Shown: piece by piece, positions 34,503 through 43,848 of the stretch | Layout of the letters: the number at the start of each line of letters is the position of its first letter | How positions within the stretch are numbered: the stretch's first letter is position 1 | Notes under the pieces: model-generated | What the model was told of the DNA's origin: nothing | The model's database searches: none | Seen by the model: only the letters and a program-made list of their open reading frames with translations | Translations under genes and position numbers: made by a program | DNA from: Anaeromyxobacteraceae bacterium | GTDB taxonomy: Bacteria; Myxococcota; Myxococcia; Myxococcales; Anaeromyxobacteraceae | Reading direction: 5' to 3' | Length of the DNA stretch: 64,000 bases | NCBI GenBank assembly: GCA_047602405.1 | Contig: JASGHJ010000002.1 | Location: forward strand, 448,001-512,000

Positions 34503-36611
34503 TCAGTTGCTGGGAGCCGCCGCCGGCACCGGGAAGCCGCGCTTGCGCATGAGCGCCGCGATGCCCGGGTCCTTGCCGCGGAACGCGCGGTAGCCCTCGT
34601 CGGGATCGACGGTGTTGCCCGCGGAGAACACGTGCTGCTTGAGGCGGGCCGCGACCGCGCGGTCCCAGGGGCCCTTCGCCTCGGTGAAGGCCTCGTAGGC
34701 GTCGGCGGAGATCGTGTCCGCCCAGAGGTAGCTGTAGTAGCCCGCGGAGTAGCCGTCGCCGGTGAAGAGGTGGTTGAACTGCGGGAGGCGGTGGCGCATC
34801 ACGAGCTCCCTGGGCATGCCGAGGGCGGTGAGCGTCTCCTTCTCGAAGGCCGCCGGCTCCACCGGGCCGGTGGCGAGGTGGGCCTTCATGTCCACGAGCG
34901 CGGAGGAGAGGTACTCGAGGGTGGCGAAGCCCTGGTTGAAGCGGGAGGCGCGCTGGAGCTTCTCGAGGAGCGCCTTCGGCATGGGCTTCCCGGTGCGGAA
35001 GTGGACCGCGTGGCGGGAGAGGATCTCCGGGGTCTCCAGCCAGCGCTCGAGGAGCTGGGAGGGGAACTCGACGTAGTCGTTCGGGACGTTCGTGCCGGAG
35101 AGGGTGGGGTAGGTGACGTTCGAGCAGAGGCCGTGGAGCGCGTGGCCGAACTCGTGGAAGAGCGTCTCGGCGTCGGTCCAGGAGACGAGCACCGGCTCGC
35201 CGGGCTTGCCCTTCACGAAGTTCGAGTTGTTCGAGACGATGGTGGTGATCTCGCGGTCGAACCGCTCCTGGTTGCGGTACTGGCTCATCCACGCGCCGGA
35301 CTGCTTGCCCTCGCGCGCGTACGGGTCGAAGTACCAGAGCCCGACGTGCTTGCCCTTCGCGTCCTTCACCTCCCAGACGCGCACGTCGGGGTGGTAGACC
35401 GGCAGCCCCTTCACCGGCGTGAAGCGCAGCCCGAAGAGGCGGTCGGCCACCTCGAACATGCCCTCGCGGAGCTTCTCGAGCTGCAGGTAGGGCTTCACCT
35501 CGTTCTCGTCGAGGTCGTAGCGGGCCTTGCGGACCTTCTCGGCGTAGAAGCGGTAGTCCCAGGGCTCGATGGTGATTCCGGCCTTGTCGGCGTCGGCGAC
35601 CTTCTGCATGTCGGCGACCTCCTCGCGGACGCGCGCCACCGCGGCCGGCCAGACCGCCTCCATGAGCGCCATGGCGCGCTCGGGGGTCCGGGCCATCGAG
35701 TCCTCGACGCGCCAGTGCGCGTGGGTCGGGTAGCCGAGGAGCCGGGCGCGCTCCCCGCGGGCCTGGAGGATCTCGGCGATGACCGCCTTCGTGTCGTGCG
35801 CGTCGCCGTGGTCGCCGCGGGTGACGAAGTTGCGCCACACCTTCTCGCGCAGGTCACGGCGGGACGAGAACGCGAGGAACGGCTCCACCGACGAGCGGGT
35901 GTTCGCGACGAGCCACTTCCCGGGCTGGCCCTTCGCGGCCGCGTCGGCCGCGGCGGCGGCGCGGTAGGACTCCGGCAGCCCGTCGAGGTCGCTCGCCTCG
36001 AGCACCGTCGCCCAGCCGGCCTCGTCGGCGAGGACGTCCTGGGCGAAGGTCGTGTAGAGCGACGCGAGCCGCTCGTTCAGCGCCGCGACCTTCTGCTTCG
36101 TCGGGCCGTCGAGCCGCGCCCCGGCCCGCACGAAGCTCGTGTACCAGCGCCACGCGAGGCGGCGCTGCTCGGGCGAGAGCGCGGCGCGCGCCTGGTACAC
36201 GGCCGCGACGCGCGAGAAGAGCCGCTCGTTCTGGTAGAGCCGGTCGGAGAAGGCGGCGAGCTTCGGGGCGAGGTCCCGCTCGACGGCCTGGAAGTCCGGG
36301 GTGGAGAGCGTGCCCGACCAGACGCCGAACACCGAGGAGACCTGGTCGAAGGTGCGGCTCGAGCGCTCGAGCGCGGCGAGCGTGTTCGCGAAGGTCGGCG
36401 CGGCGGGGTCGGCCGCGATCCGCTCCTGGTTCGCGAGCGCCTCGGCCATCGCCGCCTCGAACGCGGGCGCGAAGTGCTCGACCTTGACCGCCGCGAAGGG
36501 CGGGACGCCGCCGTGAGGGCCTGACCATGGGGCGAGGAGCGGGTTCGTCACGGGGGCCTCGGTGCCGGCGAGGGTCGCGGTGAGGAGCAACCCCAGGGTG
36601 AAGGTGGTCAT
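34503..36611 (-). CDS. dcp: M3-family metallopeptidase (peptidyl-dipeptidase Dcp-like)
   Basis: NPLL, PWDYRFYAEK, KQSGAWM, FHEFGHALH, VEFPSQ, GYSAGYYSYLWA; signal peptide. Confidence 0.92.
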   Translation of the reverse strand: MTTFTLGLLLTATLAGTEAPVTNPLLAPWSGPHGGVPPFAAVKVEHFAPAFEAAMAEALANQERIAADPAAPTFANTLAALERSSRTFDQVSSVFGVWSGTLSTPDFQAVERDLAPKLAAFSDRLYQNERLFSRVAAVYQARAALSPEQRRLAWRWYTSFVRAGARLDGPTKQKVAALNERLASLYTTFAQDVLADEAGWATVLEASDLDGLPESYRAAAAADAAAKGQPGKWLVANTRSSVEPFLAFSSRRDLREKVWRNFVTRGDHGDAHDTKAVIAEILQARGERARLLGYPTHAHWRVEDSMARTPERAMALMEAVWPAAVARVREEVADMQKVADADKAGITIEPWDYRFYAEKVRKARYDLDENEVKPYLQLEKLREGMFEVADRLFGLRFTPVKGLPVYHPDVRVWEVKDAKGKHVGLWYFDPYAREGKQSGAWMSQYRNQERFDREITTIVSNNSNFVKGKPGEPVLVSWTDAETLFHEFGHALHGLCSNVTYPTLSGTNVPNDYVEFPSQLLERWLETPEILSRHAVHFRTGKPMPKALLEKLQRASRFNQGFATLEYLSSALVDMKAHLATGPVEPAAFEKETLTALGMPRELVMRHRLPQFNHLFTGDGYSAGYYSYLWADTISADAYEAFTEAKGPWDRAVAARLKQHVFSAGNTVDPDEGYRAFRGKDPGIAALMRKRGFPVPAAAPSN

Positions 36612-36659
36612 GTCGGTGGTCTCCGGAGAGCGCAGGTCTGCCCGGAGGGAGGCGCGCCG

Positions 36660-37367
36660 TCAAGGCGCGTGACGTCCGGCCCCCGGACGGCGCGGCCGCT
36701 CCGGGGCGGGCGGCGCGAGGAGCCGGTGGAGCGCGTCGAGCTGCGGCTTCGACGCGGTGAGCCGCGCGGCGAGCACGAGGCGGCGCGCCCCGCCGGGCGT
36801 GCAGCCCTCATCTGCGGGCCCGTCCACCTGCACGTACACGAGGTCGCGCGGGAGCAGCTGCGCGGGATCGAGCTGCGTGCGCGTGAAGGTGCGGGTCTCG
36901 CCGGGCTCGACGGGGAGCCGCGCCGCGAGCGCCGCGAGCAGCGCGTTCGGCGGCCCGGGGTCCACGATCACGGTCAGGACGACCGGCCTCTCGTCGCCGC
37001 CGAGGTGCACGAGGTGCACGGCGAGCGGGTGCTTCCCGCCGTGCGCGTCGGCGCCCGGCGCGTGCAGGTGCACGTTGAGGAGCTCGAAGGACTCGCCGCC
37101 GACCGTCAGGATGCTCCCCGGCGGGAAGGGGATGCGCACGGTCCCGCCGTCGTGCACGGTCGTCAGCGGGACGGGCCGGTAGCGGACCTCGAGGGCCTTC
37201 GCCGGGCGCCGCGGCTCCGCGTCCGCCGGCTCGGACGGCGGCGGGGGCGCGGCCGGGTGCCTCTCGCGGGCGGCGCGCGGCGGAGGCGAGCGCCGGGGCC
37301 GGCCCTCCGCCACGGCGGGGGCCGCGAGGGCGAGCGCGAGCGGGAGGAGGGCGAGCCACCGGATCAC
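36660..37367 (-). CDS. Secreted degenerate alpha-carbonic-anhydrase-like protein
   Basis: GTG start, signal peptide, NVHLHAP...LAVHLVH, LLP..YVQVDG; catalytic motifs altered. Confidence 0.7.
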   Translation of the reverse strand: MIRWLALLPLALALAAPAVAEGRPRRSPPPRAARERHPAAPPPPSEPADAEPRRPAKALEVRYRPVPLTTVHDGGTVRIPFPPGSILTVGGESFELLNVHLHAPGADAHGGKHPLAVHLVHLGGDERPVVLTVIVDPGPPNALLAALAARLPVEPGETRTFTRTQLDPAQLLPRDLVYVQVDGPADEGCTPGGARRLVLAARLTASKPQLDALHRLLAPPAPERPRRPGAGRHAP

Positions 37368-37553
37368 GGGCACCCGAGGTGCAAGACCGGGGCCTGCCTC
37401 ACCCACCGAAGCTCGAAGGGATTCGAGCCCTTCCGGCACCACCCCGGGTGTCAGCACACCCTTCCTGGGGCTCCGGGGGCGGGCGTATGGACGCCGGGAC
37501 AGGGTCCGGGAAAGCTCCGCGGATCGTGAAAAGGCCGTAGCATCGACCCCTCC

Positions 37554-38408
37554 ATGGCGAGCGACGGCTGGAACGACGGGTGGGAGCGCCGGAGGCAGCG
37601 GCGGCGCGAGCGCCGGGAGCAGCAGGGCGAGGCGCTGCAGCATCGCCGGCGCGGGTGGGGCGAGGTCCCGGGCTTCGTGTCGCACGCGGGCGTCTGGGCC
37701 ATCCTGAGCTTCGGCCTGCACCAGCTCCCCGAGGTCGCCGTCTGGTGGTGGGGGTTCGCGGTCGCGATGCACGGCGTCGGCATCCTGGGCCGCGTGCTCT
37801 CCCGCCGGCCCCCCGAGCCCGCCCCGCCGCTGCCCGAGCCCACCGCGCGCCGCGAGGCGCCGCCCGCGCTCGAGCCCGCGGCCTCGCCCGCGCCGGCGGA
37901 TCCGTTCCTCGCCGAGGTGGACGCCGCCATCGCGGCGCTCGAGCAGGCCGCGGGGGCGAGGACGCTCCCGGGCGTCGATCTCGCGGCGTTGCGAACGACC
38001 GCGGCGGAGCTCCGGCGCCGGCACCTCGCGCTCCTCGCGCTCGGCGACGAGGCCGCCTGGGAGCGCCTCGCCCGGGAGCGGGCCGAGGCGCTCGAGCGCG
38101 CGCAGGCGGCGGCCGACCCGCGCACCGCCGAGGTGCTGCGGGCGCAGGCCGACAGCGTCGCCGGCCGGCTCGCCGCGCTCGAGCAGGCGCTCGGGGCGGC
38201 CGCGCGTCTCGAGGCGCGGGAACGCACGCTGCTCCACCAGGTGGAGGCGCTGCGGCTCTCCCTGCTCCAGACCGGGGTCGACGAGGCCGCCGGGCCCGAC
38301 CTCGCCGCCGAGGTCGAGCGGCTCCGGCTCGACCTCCGCGCGGAGGCGGAGCTCGAGTCGGACCTCGCCCGCGCCCGGCTCGGGGCGCGCGCCCACCAGC
38401 GGACCTGA
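37554..38408 (+). CDS. 2TM-like membrane protein with coiled-coil C-terminus
   Basis: FVSHAGVW...WWWGFAVAMHGV, then Pro linker and helical region. Confidence 0.7.
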   Translation: MASDGWNDGWERRRQRRRERREQQGEALQHRRRGWGEVPGFVSHAGVWAILSFGLHQLPEVAVWWWGFAVAMHGVGILGRVLSRRPPEPAPPLPEPTARREAPPALEPAASPAPADPFLAEVDAAIAALEQAAGARTLPGVDLAALRTTAAELRRRHLALLALGDEAAWERLARERAEALERAQAAADPRTAEVLRAQADSVAGRLAALEQALGAAARLEARERTLLHQVEALRLSLLQTGVDEAAGPDLAAEVERLRLDLRAEAELESDLARARLGARAHQRT

Positions 38409-38426
38409 GCCGGTGGCCCCGCTCGG

Positions 38427-38894
38427 TCAGTCGACCGCGGCGCCGGGCTCGGGCATCCGCGAGCTGCCCTGGAAGACGACGCCGCGGTCGATGAGGATCG
38501 CGGGCGTCTCGATGTCGCCCTTCACCCGGGCGGTCTCGCGCAGCTCGACGAGCTGGCTCGCCTTGATGTTGCCGGTCACCTCGCCGAACACGATCACCGT
38601 GCCGCAGGTGATGTCGGCCGCCACCTTCGAGCGCTCGCCGAGCACGAGCACGTCGTTCGTGGTGATGGAGCCCGTGAAGCGCGCGTCGATCCGCACGGTG
38701 CCCGCGAACTTCAGCTTCCCCTCGAACTCGGCGCCGTCGCCGAGGAGGAGATCGCCCGGGGAGGCGGGGGGCTCGCGCTTCGAGGTGACGTTCATCGCGG
38801 TGTTCTCCGTGGGGGGCGGTGCAGGCGGGGAAAAGGCGCCGAGCGCGACGTTGCGCACGGGATCGAGGTCGGACTTCTCTCTCCAGAAGGGCAT
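38427..38894 (-). CDS. Bactofilin (polymer-forming cytoskeletal protein)
   Basis: LLGDGAEFEGKLKFAGTVRID...GEVTGNI...VKGDI...GVVFQG beta-helix repeats. Confidence 0.9.
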   Translation of the reverse strand: MPFWREKSDLDPVRNVALGAFSPPAPPPTENTAMNVTSKREPPASPGDLLLGDGAEFEGKLKFAGTVRIDARFTGSITTNDVLVLGERSKVAADITCGTVIVFGEVTGNIKASQLVELRETARVKGDIETPAILIDRGVVFQGSSRMPEPGAAVD

Positions 38895-39017
38895 GGTCCC
38901 TCGCGCGGGCCGCGTGAGTGGGCCCGTGTCCACGGGGAGTTGCGCACGCGCGGCGCGGCCGGCATCCACGGATTGGGGCGCGGGCCCCTTCACGCCGGAG
39001 GTGGGGAACGGTGGGCG

Positions 39018-40178
39018 TCAGTCCGCGAGGAGCCGCGCGTCCGCGCCGAGCAGCGCGGCCCCGCGGGCCACCGCCGTCTGCGGATCGTCCTCGACCGCCT
39101 GGGGGCGCGCGAACGCGGCCGCCACCGCGGCGCGGACCTGCGGGACGAAGGTGGTGCCGCCGATGAGCAGCACCGCGCCGAGGTCCTTCACGGCGAGGCC
39201 GGCCTCGAGCACCGTCGCCGAGGTCGCCTCGATCGAGCGGTGCACGAGGTCCGCCCACGTCGGGGCGAGGTGCTCGCGCGAGAAGGTGTAGTCGAGGTGC
39301 TGCATCCGGCCGCCGACCGAGAAGGCCTCGGCGAGCTGGTAGCGCACCTCCTTGCGGGCCGACAGCGCGCGCTTCACGAGCTCGCACTGGCGCTGGATGC
39401 GCTCCCACAGCACCGCGTCCCGGGTGACGTCGATGCCGTGCACCCGGAAGATCCCGCTCGCGACGTAGCGCGCGAAGGCGGCGTCGAAGTCGTCGCCGCC
39501 GAGGACGTCGTCGCCGCCGCTCGAGAGGACGCGCAGGGCCTGCCCCTCGCGGCGCACGACCGTGGCGTCGAGGGTGCCCCCGCCGAAGTCGTACACGAGG
39601 AGCGGCGCCGAGCCCCAGGAGGCCCCGGTGAAGCCGCGCGCGACCGCGCCCGCGCAGGGCTCGGCCACCGTCCGCAGGACCTCGAGGCCCGCGGCCTTGC
39701 CGGCCCGCACCATGGCGGCCTTCACCGCCTCGTCGGCGGTGACCGGCACGGTCAGCACCACCTTGCGGACGCGCTTGCCGAACTTCGTCTCGGAGCGCTC
39801 CTTCAGGTACCGCAGGATGAACGAGGCGACCTCGCTCGCCTGGAACTCGCCCCCGCGCACCTGCACCGCGGCCTCGCCGTCCGGGCCGGGCTGGCGGATC
39901 TTGAAGCCCGCCACCTGGTCGAGCAGGCGGCCGGCCGGTGAGTCGGCCCGCCGCCCGACGATGCGCTTCACGCCGAAGACCGTGTTCTGGGGGTCCTGGG
40001 TGCGCAGGCGGTCGGCGTCGGAGCCCACGATCGGCGGCCCGCTCTTCGGGAAGTGCACGACGCTCGGCACGCAGGCCTCGCCGCGGCCGTCGACCGCGAA
40101 GTGGAGCTTGCCGTCCACGACGGCGGCGGCCGTCGAGAACGTGGTGCCGAGGTCGATGCCGAGGACGAGCTCGCTCAG
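39018..40178 (-). CDS. Short Hsp70-family ATPase (nucleotide-binding domain only), probable CTG start
   Basis: LGIDLGTT, PSVV, VLTVP, EPCA, YDFGGGTLD, LGGDDFD, LIGGTT, AVARGAA, then stop. Confidence 0.85.
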   Translation of the reverse strand: MSELVLGIDLGTTFSTAAAVVDGKLHFAVDGRGEACVPSVVHFPKSGPPIVGSDADRLRTQDPQNTVFGVKRIVGRRADSPAGRLLDQVAGFKIRQPGPDGEAAVQVRGGEFQASEVASFILRYLKERSETKFGKRVRKVVLTVPVTADEAVKAAMVRAGKAAGLEVLRTVAEPCAGAVARGFTGASWGSAPLLVYDFGGGTLDATVVRREGQALRVLSSGGDDVLGGDDFDAAFARYVASGIFRVHGIDVTRDAVLWERIQRQCELVKRALSARKEVRYQLAEAFSVGGRMQHLDYTFSREHLAPTWADLVHRSIEATSATVLEAGLAVKDLGAVLLIGGTTFVPQVRAAVAAAFARPQAVEDDPQTAVARGAALLGADARLLAD

Positions 40179-40378
40179 GCGGCCCTCCCCGGACTTGCGT
40201 GTCGCAGCGCCTTCACCCGGCGCAGTCTGGCACGAACCCGTTCGGGGATCACCTCGGAGCGGCCCACCCCGCGGCCATGCCGCCGGGGTAGCGGGTCGGT
40301 CGGGGGCCTACCTCGGAACCGCCCTCCACCACGCCCCGCGGTCCGCGCCCGGGACCGCACCGCCTCGACCGCCGCGCC

Positions 40379-40846
40379 TCAACGTACGGGGACCGGCCCG
40401 AGCGCCGCCGGGACGAAGCAGGTGCCCCCGAAGACGTAGCGGCGTGCGTCGACCACCCGCCCGCCACGCACGGAGAACACGAGCTGCTCGGCGCCCGGCA
40501 GCGCCGGCTCGCCGTCGAGGACCGCGTCGGCCTGATCCTTCTCCGAGAAGACCGCCGGCGCCTCCACGTGCGAGTGCCAGACCGCCACGATCTCCGCGCC
40601 CTCGCGGGCGTGCCGCTCGAAGGTCGCGAGCAGCGCGTCGGGGTCCATCACGTACGCGTCGCGCGAGGTGCGCGGATGGTGCAGCGGGTCCTCGGCGTGG
40701 GCCGCGTCGGCGGCGTTGGGCAGCTCCTCGCCGTGGAGGCCGCCCGCCCGCCGCACCACGAACCCGCAGGCCTCCCGCGCGGGCGAGGCCTCGCACAGGG
40801 CCGCGAGGTGGGCGAGGAGCTCGGGGGGGTAGGGGAGCGCGTCCAC
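40379..40846 (-). CDS. JAMM/MPN+ (M67) metallopeptidase
   Basis: EACG...WHSH...FSEKD motif. Confidence 0.9.
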   Translation of the reverse strand: MDALPYPPELLAHLAALCEASPAREACGFVVRRAGGLHGEELPNAADAAHAEDPLHHPRTSRDAYVMDPDALLATFERHAREGAEIVAVWHSHVEAPAVFSEKDQADAVLDGEPALPGAEQLVFSVRGGRVVDARRYVFGGTCFVPAALGPVPVR

Positions 40847-40881
40847 GGTCGAGGAGGATACACCGCGGCCCGCCCCGGTTG

Positions 40882-40933
40882 CGACTACAGCTGTAGTTGA
40901 CCGCGCGGCGGCGGGTGACTACAGTCGTAGTCA
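40882..40933. promoter_or_regulatory. Two BlaI-type operators overlapping a sigma70 promoter
   Basis: GACTACAGCTGTAGTT (40883-98) and GACTACAGTCGTAGTC (40917-32); TTGACC-17nt-TACAGT. Confidence 0.85.
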
Positions 40934-41322
40934 TGACGAAGCCGACGCTGGGCGACCAGGAGCTCAACCTCCTCCGGCACGTGGCCGAGGCCGGCCCCCT
41001 CACCGTGGGCCAGGCCGCCGACGGGTTCGGGGAGCGAAATGGCCTCGCGCGCTCCACCGTACTCACCGTGATGGAGCGGCTCCGGCAGAAGGGCTACCTG
41101 ACCCGGCGCCGGGTCGAGGGCGTCTACCAGTACCGCTCGGTCGAGGGGGCGGACGCGCTCCTCCGCGGCGTCGTGGGCGAGTTCGTCGAGCGGACGCTCG
41201 CCGGGTCGGTGTCCCCGTTCGTCGCGTGGCTCGCCGAGGCGGGGGAAGACGTGTCGAAGGAGGACCTCGACCGCCTCGAGGCCCTGGTGCGGCAGCTCCG
41301 GGAGAAGGGGGAGAAGCCGTGA
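40933..41322 (+). CDS. BlaI/MecI/CopY-family repressor
   Basis: LGDQELNLL...LARSTVLTVMERLRQKGYL...YQY; followed by M56 gene. Confidence 0.92.
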   Translation: MTKPTLGDQELNLLRHVAEAGPLTVGQAADGFGERNGLARSTVLTVMERLRQKGYLTRRRVEGVYQYRSVEGADALLRGVVGEFVERTLAGSVSPFVAWLAEAGEDVSKEDLDRLEALVRQLREKGEKP

Positions 41323-43215
41323 CCGCGCTCGTCGACCTGCTCCTCCGGGCCTCGCTCGCGGGCGCCCCCTTCGCGCTGCTCGCGCTCGCGGCGGCGCGGT
41401 TCCTGCCGCGCCTCCCCGCCGCGCTCCGCGCCGGGCTCGTCTGGCTCGCGTGCGCGCGGTTCCTCGCCGCGCTCGCACCGCTGCCCGCGGTCGAGCTCAG
41501 GGTGCTGCCGGGGGCGGTCCGGGACGCTCATCCTTCGACTTCGCTGCTTCGCAGCTCCGCTCAGGATGAGCGGGGAGCGGTCCGTTCTCTGGCTCGCGCT
41601 CCCGATCTCGCTCCCGCTCCCAATCCCAATCTCGCTCCCGTTCCCGATTCTCGCTCCCAATCCCGCTCCCGCTCCCGCTCCCGTTCCCACTCCCGCTCCG
41701 CCCACGCCCGACGTCCGCAGCGTCCTCGGCGCCCTCTGGCTCCTCGGCGCGGCGGCGGCGGCGTGGCGCCTCGCCCGCGGCGCACGGGGGGTTCGCGGGC
41801 TCGTGGCGCGCGCGACGCCGCTCCCGCCCGGCCACCCCGCGCACGCGGCGCTCGCCGCGCTGGGCAGGTCGACCCGGCTCCGCCTGCCGCGGCTCGCGCG
41901 CTCCGGCGAGATCCGCGCGCCGCTGTGCGCGGGCCTCCTCGATCCGGTCATCCTGCTCCCGGACTGGCCGCTCCCTCCCCGCGCCCTGCGGCTCGTCCTC
42001 GCGCACGAGCTCGGCCACCTCCGCCGCCTCGACCTCTGGCTCGCGTGGGTGCCCGCGCTCGCGGAGCTCGCGCTCTGGTTCCACCCGCTCGTCCGGCTCG
42101 CCGCGCGCGAGCACGCGCAGGCGCGCGAGGAGGCCTGCGACGCCCTCGCGCTCGAGCTCACCGGCGACGCGCCGGCCGACTACGGCCCGCTGCTCGTCGC
42201 CTTCGGCACGGGCCACCCCCGGCTCGCGCTCGCCGCGGCGGCCGGCGCTCCCCACGTCCGCCAGCTGGAGAGGAGACTCAGGATGCTGTCGTCCCACGGA
42301 ACGAAGGCCGCCCGCCGCGCGCGCTGGCTCGGCGCGGTGGTGCTCGCCGCGATCGCCCCCGCGCTCGTGCCGTTCGCGCTGGCCCAGGCGCCCGCGCCGC
42401 AGCCCCCGGCCCCGCCAGCGCCCGCCCCGGCGGCGCGCGCACCGCTGCCGCCCGCGCCCGCGGCCCCCGCCGCGGCGGTGCCGGCCGCGCCCGCGACGCC
42501 CGCCGCGCCGCCCGCCCGCCCCGGCCGCGTCGCCCGGGCTGCCCCGCTGCCGCCCGCGCCGCCGGCACCTCCGGCGCCCCGCGCCGGGAAGGTGCCGCCG
42601 CCCCCGCCCGCGCCCGCCGCGCCCATCCCGCCCGACGACGGCGAGTTCCTCGTCCTGCGGGACGGGAAGTCGAGCATCGTCGCGAACGGCGCCAACGTGA
42701 ACGTGAGCTCGTCGAACGGGGTCCTGCACCTCAGCGTCGGCGACCGCGACGTCGTCCGCACGCTCACGGCGCCCTACGTCGCGTTCGGGCGGGACGGCAA
42801 GGCCTGGGTGGTGACGGATCCGGCCGAGGTGGCGCGCCTGCGCAAGCTCTACGAGGGCATCCACGACGAGGAGATGGACCGCGCCTCGGCGGAGATGACG
42901 AAGCTCGGCGCCGAGCAGTCGAGGCTCGGCGACGAGCAGTCCAGGCTCGGCGAGCGGCAGGGCGAGCTCGGGCGGAGGATGGGCGCCGGTCACGAGGACC
43001 TCGACGCCCTCGGCAAGCAGATGGACCAGCTCGGCGCGCAGATGGACGTCCTGGGCGGCCAGATGGACGCCATCGGGGAGAAGATGGACGCCGTCGGGAA
43101 GCGCATGGACGCGGCCGGCAAGCGCATCGAGGCCCGCGCCCACGCGGCGGACGAGGCCTCGCGGAAGCTGCGCGACGAGTGGATCCAGCGCGGCGTCGCG
43201 AAGCCGCTGGAGTGA
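41319..43215 (+). CDS. M56 (BlaR1-like) peptidase with Pro-rich linker and heptad-repeat C-terminus; apparent frameshift near 41649
   Basis: GTGA overlap, LAHELGHLRRLD, WFHPLV, REEACD, LERRL; N-terminus in a different frame, rejoined by removing one T. Confidence 0.85.
41525..41700. repeat. REP-like palindrome plus hexamer tract inside the M56 gene
   Basis: CGCTCATCCT...AGGATGAGCG stem (41525-41572) with inner GCTGC-TTC-GCAGC; then GCTCCC-type hexamers, one of them 7 nt. Confidence 0.7.
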
Positions 43216-43476
43216 TCAGCGCCGTTCGCGCTGCGGCTGCCCGCCCGGCTGGCTCCGGGCGGGCAGCACGAAGAACGGCAGGAAGGCGAGCAGCACCAGC
43301 ACCGCGAGCTCGCCCCAGCCGACCCGCCGGGCGAGGACCCCGATCGCGAGCACGATCCCGACGGTCAGGAACCAGAGCCGCCCACGGCGCCACCGCCCGC
43401 TCCGGAGCAGCCACGCGAACGTGACCGCCGAGAGCAGGAGCGCGACGAGCGTCAGGAGCGCGGGACGACCCCACAT
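43216..43476 (-). CDS. Small membrane protein (86 aa)
   Basis: Three hydrophobic segments; TACCAT 7 nt before ATG. Confidence 0.65.
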   Translation of the reverse strand: MWGRPALLTLVALLLSAVTFAWLLRSGRWRRGRLWFLTVGIVLAIGVLARRVGWGELAVLVLLAFLPFFVLPARSQPGGQPQRERR

Positions 43477-43494
43477 GCGGCCGATGGTAGTCCA

Positions 43495-43719
43495 TCACCG
43501 GCGCCCGACCCAGCGCGCCGGTTGCGCCTGGGGATCGGGCTCGGAGGCCGACCCGTGCCGCGCGAGCCTCCCGGCCGGCCCCACCACGCCCTCCATGAAG
43601 AGTGACCAGAGGGCCACCCACACGACCGACAGGAGCAGGCCCGCCAGCCACTCCTCCCGCACGTCCTGCCAGAGCCCCCGTGGGGGCGGTGCGCTACGCT
43701 TCGCGATTTGAGAGTTCAT
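43495..43719 (-). CDS. Small single-TM protein (74 aa), divergent from LysR
   Basis: AAGGAG RBS, MNSQIAKR...WLAGLLLSVVWVALWSLF. Confidence 0.6.
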   Translation of the reverse strand: MNSQIAKRSAPPPRGLWQDVREEWLAGLLLSVVWVALWSLFMEGVVGPAGRLARHGSASEPDPQAQPARWVGRR

Positions 43720-43848
43720 GACGTCCACTCCTTCTCCTCGCGCGGCCCGCCCGTCGGGCCGCGGCGACGGATTCGAGGTGTACCGATGCCGAAGGCCGTC
43801 CGGAACGCGCAGGCGAGCGCCGCCCCCGCGCAGCAACGCGCGGCCTCC

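Noticed and set aside
37405..37442. tRNA or tRNA fragment
   Set aside because: T-arm-like loop on one strand and CCA on the other; no cloverleaf can be built.
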